This document shows positions 55,684 through 64,000 of a DNA stretch of 64,000 nt, one piece after another. Below the pieces are notes generated by a model. That model did no database searches, was not told the DNA's origin, and saw only the letters and a program-made list of their open reading frames with translations. The stretch comes from an uncultured Halobacteria archaeon. Lineage in GTDB: Bacteria > Pseudomonadota > Gammaproteobacteria > UBA9214. The stretch lies in the NCBI GenBank assembly GCA_963847565.1, contig CAWKAE010000023.1, forward strand, positions 1 through 64,000, in the 5' to 3' direction. A program made the translations under genes and the position numbers. Numbering within the stretch: the stretch's first letter is position 1; each line of letters begins with the position of its first letter.

Positions 55684-56974
55684 TTACGTGCGGTCACTTA
55701 CATCAATGTAGGGCGATTTCGGATTGCCGGTATAGATCTGCCGCGGGCGTGAAATGCGCATGTTCGGGTCGCTGGTCTGTTCGTGCCAGTGTGCAATCCA
55801 GCCGGGCAGCCGGCCAATTGCGAACAATACAGTAAACATGTTGGTCGGAATGCCGATCGCACGCAATATAATACCGCTGTAGAAATCGACATTGGGATAC
55901 AGCTTGCGCTTGACGAAATATTCATCATTGAGTGCAATGTCTTCAAGCCGCTTGGCTATATCCAGCAAGGGGTCTTCAATACCCAGCGTCTCGAGCATTT
56001 CGTCGCATACTTTGCGCAGCATCAGCGCACGTGGATCGAAGTTCCTGTAGATGCGGTGGCCGAAACCCATTAGCCGTACACCGCTCGACTTGTCCTTGGA
56101 CAGCTTGATGAATTCCTCGGCTGTCTGGTTGCCCTGGTGGATGGCTTCCAGCATTTCGATGACCTTCATGTTGGCGCCGCCATGCAGCGGACCCCATAGT
56201 GCGGAGACGCCGGCAGCGCAGGATGCGAACAGGTTGGCCTTGCTGGAGCCGACCATGCGTACGGTCGAGGTGCTGCAGTTCTGTTCGTGATCGGCGTGCA
56301 GTATCAGCACCAGGTTCAGGGCGCGACGCACCTCCTCGCTGCTTTCGTAGCGTTTATAGGGTTGTGAAAACATCATGTGCAGAAAATTGCTGATGTAGGG
56401 CAGGGACGGGTCCGGATAGATGTAGGGCAGGCCGTGCGAATGCCGGTAGGTATAGGCGGCCAGTGTACGAATCTTGCTGATCAGCCGGGCGGCGGCTGCT
56501 TCAATTTCGTCCGATGTATTCAGTTCGAGAAGCTGCGGATGAAAACAGGACAGCGTCGAGATCATGGCCGACAGGATTGCCATGGGGGGTGCCGACGCGT
56601 GGAAAGCCCATGAAATGATGCTTCATGTCCTCGTCGAGGTTGGCATTGTTGGTCAGACGCTGGCTGAACTGCTGGTATTCCGTGCTGGTCGGTAACTTGC
56701 CGAAGATCAGCAGCCAGGCGACCTCGACGAAATTCGGCTTGTCGGCAAATTCTTCCAGCGGAATACCCCGGTAGCGCAGGATGCCCTGGTCGCCGTCAAT
56801 GAAGGTGATTTCGCTGGTGCAGCTGGCCGTATTGCCATAGGCAGGGTCCAGCGCCGTCAGCCCTGTTTCTTTGCGCAGGCGGGTGATATCAAGTGCGCGC
56901 TCGCCCTCGGTGCCTTCGACAATCGGTAATGTGTAGGTCTTTCCATCTATAGTCAGCTTGGCGTCACTTGGCAT
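55684..56974 (-). CDS. gltA: Citrate synthase (hexameric type II), split by a frameshift in a G7 run at ~56583-56589
   Basis: ORF 56501..56974 (N-terminus: LRYRGIPLEE). ORF 55684..56583 (GPLHGGAN, GFGHRVY-like GFGHRIY, D at the C-terminus). Total ~430 aa. Confidence 0.85.
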
Positions 56975-57079
56975 CGGTATTCCCCTTGTTGGTCCCGGTC
57001 CGTTCCCTGGCGCGGAATTTTCCGCTGCAAACTATTTGTAACACACGCGAGTGCGCGTGTCTGTGATTTGTCTGTGTGT

Positions 57080-58057
57080 TCAGGCTGCGCTGCCGAGCCA
57101 GAAAGTCATGTCCTTGTCGAGGAATTCGCGCCACGACATATAATGCGAACCGTCGCACGAGAACGTCAGGCTGATCATGCCGTTGAAAATATTGATCGAG
57201 GCGGAACGCAGGTACAGTGTTTCATCGGCAGTGCGCAGCTGACGCATGCCGTTCAGGATCGATATAACAATGTCCTGCGGAATTAATGCGTCTTCCGGAT
57301 AGGGCGTGCGTGGATACAACAAGCAGATATCCGGATCACTCAGCGCCTCGTGATCGAGGATGCGATAGCGAAACGGGTCATCGATAAACCAGACGGTTGC
57401 CCGACTGCTGGAAAAATGAATAACTGCCTGGAACAGGCCGCGTTCCGTGATCAGATCTTCCAGGATGGCAATCGCCGGTTCCATGTTCTTGTCCATCAGG
57501 CTGTCGACCCGGCACTGCTGGAACACGGTTCCACGAATGGCCGGGTCGCCCTTGATCTGGCGCCAGGCATGCGATTCCTCGTAGTGTTCACCGGTCACCG
57601 GCAGGTCACGCAAGTCGAAATCGGCACCGATATAGCCGACCGTCTCGTCGTCCCTGCGCACCACCTGCAGGGCGGTTATCGAGGGCCGCCCGGCGCGCAG
57701 ACTGAGGTAGGCGGTCGACAGGAGAAAGCCCCAGGCCGGTACGGCCTCGCACATATACGGGCGTTGCGAACGGTCGCGCCCGTAGTGTTCGGGCAACAGG
57801 CCGCCATGGCTGATGTTGTCACTGATCTGTATGCCGCTGGTGTCCAGGGCATAGAGAAACATACAGTAGGGGACGGAACTGAAATTGTCCTTGAGTACGA
57901 TAGCGAGTTCTTCGCGCGAACCCCATACATCGGCGCACAGCGTCGCCAGTTTACCCAGGGGTACTTGCAGTTCACCGGCCAGTGAAATGCGCTGCCGGTG
58001 GATAGCATCCTTCCATGTGTCTTTCATAGTACTCATATGTCGATGGCGGTTAAGCAA
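57080..58057 (-). CDS. Hypothetical cytoplasmic protein with a Cache-like sensor motif
   Basis: DRSQRPYM resembles the Cache D.R.RPWY signature. No TM or output domain. Confidence 0.45.
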   Translation of the reverse strand: MLNRHRHMSTMKDTWKDAIHRQRISLAGELQVPLGKLATLCADVWGSREELAIVLKDNFSSVPYCMFLYALDTSGIQISDNISHGGLLPEHYGRDRSQRPYMCEAVPAWGFLLSTAYLSLRAGRPSITALQVVRRDDETVGYIGADFDLRDLPVTGEHYEESHAWRQIKGDPAIRGTVFQQCRVDSLMDKNMEPAIAILEDLITERGLFQAVIHFSSSRATVWFIDDPFRYRILDHEALSDPDICLLYPRTPYPEDALIPQDIVISILNGMRQLRTADETLYLRSASINIFNGMISLTFSCDGSHYMSWREFLDKDMTFWLGSAA

Positions 58058-58115
58058 ACGGCTGTCATTCTACACAGCACCACGCCTGGCAGTGTGAAGT
58101 TAATATTAATTATTG

Positions 58116-58607
58116 TCAGGGGCCGCAGCATTTCTTGAATTTCTTGCCGCTGCCGCACGGGCAGGGATCGTTGCGTCCGACCTTCGGCAACTCGCGGGTG
58201 TACTGGCCGGGTCCGACCAGTTTGCCGTCAAAGAAGTACCAGGTATCACCGGACTTGCGAAACTCAGCCAGCTCGTGGTGTACGAGGCGCTCACCGTTGC
58301 GGCGGTAGGTGACCTTGAATTCGACTTTGCCATCTGTGTCGGTCTGGTCGGTTACCGAGACGATCTCGAGGGCTTCCCATTCCGACTCGCGCGCCCATTT
58401 CGCTGCACCGGCTTCATCGTAATCGTTGCGCTGGCCGGGGTGCAGGGTGTCAGCAAGATATGGCATCGCCTGCTGCGTGTAGGCGGTATAGCGTGACCGC
58501 ATTAGCGCCTCGGGGCCGGGTGCACGCATTTTTCCGCTGATATAGGGTTCACAGCAGGCGGTATATTCCAGCCCGGAGCCACACGGGCAGGGTGTTGTTT
58601 CGCTCAT
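58116..58607 (-). CDS. YchJ-family protein (UPF0225) with N- and C-terminal SEC-C zinc motifs
   Basis: CPCGSG appears twice. Confidence 0.75.
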   Translation of the reverse strand: MSETTPCPCGSGLEYTACCEPYISGKMRAPGPEALMRSRYTAYTQQAMPYLADTLHPGQRNDYDEAGAAKWARESEWEALEIVSVTDQTDTDGKVEFKVTYRRNGERLVHHELAEFRKSGDTWYFFDGKLVGPGQYTRELPKVGRNDPCPCGSGKKFKKCCGP

Positions 58608-58724
58608 ATCTTTTCGGCTTCCTGAAAACGCACAATATACCAAATCCTGCGTGTTTCGTGTCACAACCGAACGTATGAAATTACTGGTACTATCCGGCGG
58701 GAATGACATGCCGGAGGAGCATCA

Positions 58725-58985
58725 ATGGACGTCCAGCACCAGGCCGGGCAACAGCGTTTTGTGGTTATCAGCGGAGGACTTGAGTCGGTGCTTGAATACC
58801 GGCTTTTGCCGGACCGGCAGGTCGACTTCACCCGCACCTTCGTGCCGGGGTCATTACGTGGCCAGGGTATCGCGGAAAAGCTGGTGCGTACCGGGATTGC
58901 GTGGGCGCGCGAGCAGGATTACCGTATGCAGGCGAGTTGCTGGTATGTGCGGCGATTTCTGGAAAGGAGGCGCAGAGATGGGTGA
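58725..58985 (+). CDS. Small GNAT-fold N-acetyltransferase-like protein
   Basis: RGQGIAEKLV acetyl-CoA-binding-like motif. Confidence 0.55.
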   Translation: MDVQHQAGQQRFVVISGGLESVLEYRLLPDRQVDFTRTFVPGSLRGQGIAEKLVRTGIAWAREQDYRMQASCWYVRRFLERRRRDG

Positions 58986-59184
58986 AGGATCGACGTTTCC
59001 ACGACCTGACTGGGTCAAGTGGATTGCGCAGGACAGTTCCGGTACCTGGTGGGGCTATAGCATCGAACCGCTGCGCAATGACTCTGGCTGGTATGAGAAC
59101 GAGGTGGGTGATTGCGTCCGCCTGGGTCATTCCAGTGCGTTTGGCTGGGAAAGCTCGCTGCTACCGGTTAGCTGAGCGGTATCC

Positions 59185-60136
59185 TCAGAACGCCGCTGCC
59201 TCGATCTTCAGGTAGCTGAAGCTGATGTGCTTGCCAAGCTGCACATCGAAGTCTTCCCAGTCTGCATATGCCTGCAGTTTGGCGCTGATACTGTCTTTCA
59301 TTTCGAAATCGCTCATGCCTTCCTCGTAAAGTGCCGCGACACTGCTGTATAGCGTATCGAGATAGGTATGCATGCTATCCACCACTGAGCGGTCGCCGCT
59401 GCGGCCGTGTCCCGGTACATACACCGCAGCGTTGGTCTTGAGGATTTCGGTGCAGGCCTGGATGTTACCCGTGATGTCGCCGTCATCCAGGCGGGTGACG
59501 CGACCGTTGAGCACGTTGTCGCCGGTAAACACCACGCCGGGTTCGACCACTTCAACCATGATGTCTGTCGTCGTATGGGCCTTGCCATAATGATGGATGC
59601 GAAAGGTGTGCTTGCCCACGCGGATCTCATCGCCGTGATTAACGGCCTTGTCGGGCGCGACCACCGTGGTGCCGGTAGTCTTGCCTTCTGTCAGCTGGTC
59701 CATGAGTTTTACCCAGCTGTCGCCTTCACCGTCAGCAATCAGGCTGATCATGTTCGGATGTCCGTAGATGGCTGCCTTCGGCCAGGCAGCGCGTACCGCC
59801 TGGTTACCCAGCCAGTGATCGCCGTGAACATGGGAATTAAAAACAGCGACGACCGGTTGTTTGGTCAGCGTGTGGACTGCGCGTAGTACCATTTCGCCGC
59901 TCTGTACCGAAGCACCCGGGTCCAGGATAACGACGCCGGCATCGGTCAGCACGATGCCCGGGTTGTTCATGAAGCCCTGGTTCGCGGGGTTGGGCATCTG
60001 CAGTGGCCCATGTATCACGTAGACATTGTCGGCCACCTTGTCGAGGGGGTAATCCGGAACCGCGGGGCCGCGTGTCTCTGCGTGTGTAGCTAATGGCAAA
60101 AAGAGCGAGGCAGAAAAAACAAGACAGCCGTTTCAT
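59185..60136 (-). CDS. Periplasmic MBL-fold metallo-hydrolase; the signal peptide is in a different frame (shift near ~60100)
   Basis: HVHGDHW. Signal MKRLSCFFCLALFA is in ORF 59837..60136. The mature part is in ORF 59185..60099. Confidence 0.65.
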
Positions 60137-60247
60137 GGTTGTTCTCCTGTGCGGTGAACTGGTTGCGATGCAGCGGGCAGTGAGATCGCTTTTCAGCAGT
60201 ATAACAGCTCCATTTACACAGGCCGCCAGGATAACGGCCGGGCTGGT

Positions 60248-61244
60248 TTATTCGTGTTGTTGCGCGCCTGCACACAAAATCGACGGGCAGTTGGCTGCAT
60301 CACCGCCACTGGCAAGCGCCGTTATTTCATCGGCGGTTTGCCGGTATTGCACGTTGTCCGGGGCCAGCTGCCGTGCGCAACTGGCGGCCTGTTGCGCGGC
60401 ATGCGGGCAACGGTTCTTTATGAGGGCGTAGGCCAGGTTGTTCCAGCCGGCAGGCTCCTGTGGTGACAATTCGGTCGCGCGCTGGAAAGCCGCTGTCGCC
60501 GCAGCGAATTCACCGGCGGCGTAATAACTGTTACCGAGTGCCATCCACGCCCGGAAGTTTTCCGGCCAGGCTACTGTGCCGGCCAGCCAGGCATGTCGGG
60601 CGGCACCGGGCTTGCCGGTCCGCTCGAGTTCACGGGCAGTCTTGAGGTACGGCAAGGCATCAGCCGTACGTGGCACTGTGCCGGCCGGCACTATGACCCA
60701 GGCACGGTGCTGGCCCCGTGCCCATGTTCTCTCAAATGTTGCCAGGGGAGTGGTCCAGCGACGTGTCGTGCCGGAGCGCAGTACCAGTGTCTGCGCGTCG
60801 AGGTCATAACCGACCACGACGGCAAAATGCCAGCGCGGAATCCAGCGCAGTCCCAGGTTCTGGAAAACAAGTACCGGGTGATCATGCGCGACCTCGGCGA
60901 GCACATCTTCCAGCATCGGTGACAGCGGGTAGGCCAGCATGCCGTAGCGTCGCGCCGTGGCGGTTATTTCTTCCGCCATGCTGCCCGTAAGGCCGGGCGT
61001 ATAGACCTGCTCAACGAGGTCGTCGGGTGTGACATCGATACCGTGCGACGACAGCACCGTTGCCAGTGCGGCCGGTCCGCACTGGTAGCGGGACTGCGGG
61101 AAGAACGGTGTCTGCACAATTTCGTGCACGACCGGTAGTCCGTCCGGTTGCGCATTGCAGCAGCTGCCGGGTCTGCGGCGGGCTGGCGCAGCCGGTCAGT
61201 AACAGGCCGCAAAGCAGAACACCCGCTGCAAGGCGGGTGTTCAT
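60248..61244 (-). CDS. PA2778-family cysteine peptidase (C39-like + TPR) lipoprotein; the N-terminal lipobox segment is in a different frame (shift near 61130-61160)
   Basis: QCGPAALATVL peptidase motif. Lipoprotein signal MNTRLAAGVLLCGLLLTGC in ORF 61011..61304. Confidence 0.6.
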
Positions 61245-61263
61245 GAGTCGAAGCAACCGGTTG

Positions 61264-61653
61264 TTATCTGACCGGGTGTATGAAGGGGAAGATGTCGGTG
61301 GCACCGATGATGTCGGTAATCACGAAAATGATAAAAATGACAAGTAATACACCGAGGACACTGTCGCCACCGGCTTCCAGCTGACCTGTGCCGTTATTGA
61401 TGCGGGCCAGATCGGCATCGGTCAGCGTGCGTGCACGCTCCCTGGCCCATTCCGGGCTGACGCCAAGTGCCTGCAATTGCGCACGGACCTGGTCCTGCTC
61501 GAACAGTTGTTGCAGGCTGTCCCGGGTATGTTGCACCGGTGTTTCTGCGAGCAGGGCATCATTATCAACAATGGCTGCCTGTGCGCTCATGACCGGGGAC
61601 AGTACCAGCATAATACTCAGTAGCCAGCTCATTGTAAGTCGCATAATTTTCAT
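61264..61653 (-). CDS. PA2779-family small periplasmic protein
   Basis: Signal peptide and C-terminal hydrophobic helix. The pairing with a PA2778-type gene matches the known family. Confidence 0.5.
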   Translation of the reverse strand: MKIMRLTMSWLLSIMLVLSPVMSAQAAIVDNDALLAETPVQHTRDSLQQLFEQDQVRAQLQALGVSPEWARERARTLTDADLARINNGTGQLEAGGDSVLGVLLVIFIIFVITDIIGATDIFPFIHPVR

Positions 61654-61723
61654 ACCGCGTTTCCTCCAGGGGCTTATGAATAGCCGCATACTACCACTAT
61701 CCATGCGCTTTCGCAGTGCTGAT

Positions 61724-62329
61724 CAGCGCTGTGCGTGGAATATCGGTGTCAGTTCAACGCGGCGATTTACACGGCGCCCCGGTTCGGTCATGTTCTCGAC
61801 CAGCGGGCGGGTTTCGCCGTAACCGCGGTAGGTCAGCAGATCACCGCTGAATGCCGCGTTTGACGAGATAGGCGCGGACGGTTTGTGCGCGCAGGTTGGA
61901 AAGATTCATGTTGTACGGGTCATCGCCCTCGGCACTGGCATGTCCACCGACTTCCAGTGGTTGTACCGGCCTGCTACGCACCACCTCGGCGACGCTGTCG
62001 AGGATTTTCATGGAGCTCGGTGTGAGTTCGGCAGAATCGTACTTGAAGTTCACGCCGCGAATAATCCATGACTGTCTCTGTGGCGCCTGGCGCAGGTACG
62101 GGTGGGGTCCATAGCCGTTGTAGCCGCCAAAGCGATTATGGCTATTGCCGGCACCACGGCCGCTGAAAGAGCCGTTGAAATTGAAGCCGCCACCGGTATT
62201 TGCGTTGACCGGGCCGGCACCGTAGTAACCGTTATGTCCCTGGCCGGGGCCACCCCACCAGGCCTGCGCGGAAGTTGAAATGAGCAGCGGGACAGCGAGC
62301 AGTGCGAGTGCGAACGTACGAAGCATCAT
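61724..62329 (-). CDS. OmpA-family (C-terminal peptidoglycan-binding domain) protein with Gly/Asn-rich N-terminal region; frameshift near ~61855
   Basis: ORF 61841..62410 ends ..RAYLVKRG. The -1 frame continues AAFSGDLLTYRGYGETRPLVEN..NRRVEL (canonical OmpA C-terminal motif). Confidence 0.65.
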
Positions 62330-62498
62330 GGCAGCCTCTCCATATAGATAAGTAAATAATGAAATAATTATACACAAGCCTCTGGATGCGTGAAGATAAA
62401 TTAATTTCACTATTAAAACAACAGGATATAGCGGATACAGACAGATTTCAGTGCCTGGTCCGCTACTGTCCCGTCGTACCTATTGATATATCGGCGGT

Positions 62499-62720
62499 TT
62501 AGCGCTGTATTTCACTTTCGCGGTAGTGGGCATCCAGCCAGCACTGCGGTAAGCCTTCGCCGGAGGGGAAGGCCAGTGCGGTCTTGGCAAATTTTTCCGG
62601 GTCCTGTTGCTCTTCACCACGTTGGTAACGACCGACGAGGTGTTTGCAAAATGGATCGAACAGGTCAGTTAGTGACAGGACTTCGACCAGGTCTTCCGAG
62701 TTTTTGTCTTTCAGAAACAT
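62499..62720 (-). CDS. YheU-family protein (UPF0270)
   Basis: 73 aa, conserved family-like sequence. Confidence 0.6.
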   Translation of the reverse strand: MFLKDKNSEDLVEVLSLTDLFDPFCKHLVGRYQRGEEQQDPEKFAKTALAFPSGEGLPQCWLDAHYRESEIQR

Positions 62721-62811
62721 GGCAATCTCCAGGTGATGGTTTAAGGATTATGTCAGTACAGTATAGTCAGGCCGTGAAATCCTGCCCTGAGTTACGTCAA
62801 GGAGTGCTGCA

Positions 62812-63219
62812 TTGACGGTGTTTGAAATTTCGTCGGTGCCACAGCAGCCACGCAAGCTGACCCGGTGTGTGCTGCAAATCACCACGTTGCTGGATTTGTA
62901 CCAGGCGGAACTGGCTCGTGTCCCGGGTATGCGTTGTGGTGACATCGGTCTGCTTGCAAGCGGCCGGCAATGTTTGCAACCGGCAACAGCCAGCTGGACG
63001 CGCGCGGAAGACTTCGTGCGATTTTACCCGTTACTGTTTGGCCGCATGCAGGGCGACGGCGTGGCCATGCGGCACTGGCTGCGGTGGAAGACGCAGCGCT
63101 CGGTGGAATACCGCACCGCATGCGGGTGGACGAGGATCGCATGCCTGGGTTGCTCGAATACCTGCGACGTTCTGGTGCCTGATATGATTACCTGTATGAT
63201 GTTTTCGTCTATGGAATAA
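62812..63219 (+). CDS. Hypothetical protein
   Basis: ORF only. Confidence 0.3.
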   Translation: MTVFEISSVPQQPRKLTRCVLQITTLLDLYQAELARVPGMRCGDIGLLASGRQCLQPATASWTRAEDFVRFYPLLFGRMQGDGVAMRHWLRWKTQRSVEYRTACGWTRIACLGCSNTCDVLVPDMITCMMFSSME

Positions 63220-63236
63220 GTGGTTGTGGAGGAATA

Positions 63237-63951
63237 ATGCACAAAGCCGGCGGATGGTTGCTCCTGTTGTCACTGGGTTTTTTTCTCAGTGCCTGTACGC
63301 TTGTACCGAAGACGCCGGAACCCTTGACGCCGAAAAATTCTGCAGCAGGTGATGCGTTGCCGGACGGGGAAGGCTGGTGGTATGCGCGTTTTTTCATTGA
63401 TCGTCCGGACGGCGAGTCGCCGCAATGGCATATCGATACCTTGTTGGCGGGCGAGGTGGTTGCGCCGGTGTTCGAGCATCATTACCGCGACATCCTGATC
63501 TGGCGTTTCCACCGGCGTGCTGCGGATGATGACTATGGTCATGTTTTCAGTTTTATATTCTACTCAACAGCTGAAGGCGCGCAGCGTGTCTACAATGAAC
63601 TGGGCGCGCACCCGGTGCTGGCGCAGTTACGTCGCGACGGGCAGGTTACCCGTGTCGCTGTTCGACGACCTGGGAGAGATCACGCGACCGGGCATCGAAG
63701 ATACCAGCGACAAGGACTGGTTGCCGGTTGTGCAGCAGGCGTGGCCGGCCATGATTATGGGGGCCAGCCGGATGTGGCTGGAAATTGTGACGTCGCTGGC
63801 TGCCGAACAATCAGGCGATCTGGGTCTCGAGGAACGTTACCGTGTGGTTAACGATGAGGTCAGTCGTATCTGGCGCGAGCAGGGGCAACATGCGGTACTA
63901 CATCACCTGAGTGCGATTTACGGCTATCAGCCATTGCTGATCAGGTACTGA
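63237..63951 (+). CDS. Lipoprotein of unknown function, split by a frameshift near ~63655
   Basis: Lipobox LSACT. ORF 63237.. and ORF 63517.. are joined by the continuous sense ..AQLRRDGQVTR / SLFDDLGEITRPG. Confidence 0.45.
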
Positions 63952-64000
63952 GGGTAAGGGAGTGATGCTATGAAATGGCTGGACAGTATTCCGATGGCGC

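Overview
This 64 kb window looks like a chromosomal segment of a gammaproteobacterium-like organism (about 60% GC). Most of it is housekeeping and envelope genes. I could not identify any tRNA, rRNA, CRISPR array, integrase or prophage genes by eye.

Recognisable genes include:
- an oxidative pentose-phosphate operon (gnd-zwf-pgl);
- dsbB;
- monomeric isocitrate dehydrogenase;
- two SulP-family anion transporters;
- a very large CHASE/PAS/GAF hybrid histidine kinase;
- an ABC-F ATPase;
- RhlE DEAD-box helicase;
- SelO;
- pdxH;
- citrate synthase;
- an NfeD-stomatin pair;
- a PPK2-CHAD polyphosphate pair;
- a Ser/Thr kinase-PP2C pair;
- a PA2778/PA2779 pair.

The features that the gene annotation does not explain are:
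1. A ~250 bp MITE-like element with perfect 13-15 bp terminal inverted repeats, present in three copies. The copies bracket the giant sensor kinase gene and a SulP-STAS transporter that carries a ~270 aa C-terminal domain I cannot place.
2. Two families of dispersed palindromic (REP/BIME-like) repeats.
3. A compact NUDIX-wHTH (NrtR-like) / flotillin-like SPFH / NAD-kinase-like operon.
4. A 465 aa protein of unknown function downstream of PPK2-CHAD.
5. A NERD-nuclease gene paired with a gene of unknown function.
6. A very high density of single-base frameshifts (at least 13) that split otherwise full-length conserved genes, including zwf, pgl, gltA, suhB-like and the histidine kinase. They are concentrated at 0.8-4.3 kb and 49.5-63.7 kb. 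This is most parsimoniously sequencing or assembly error; one site lies in a G7 homopolymer.

None of these can be confirmed as a new system without database searches, which I cannot run.
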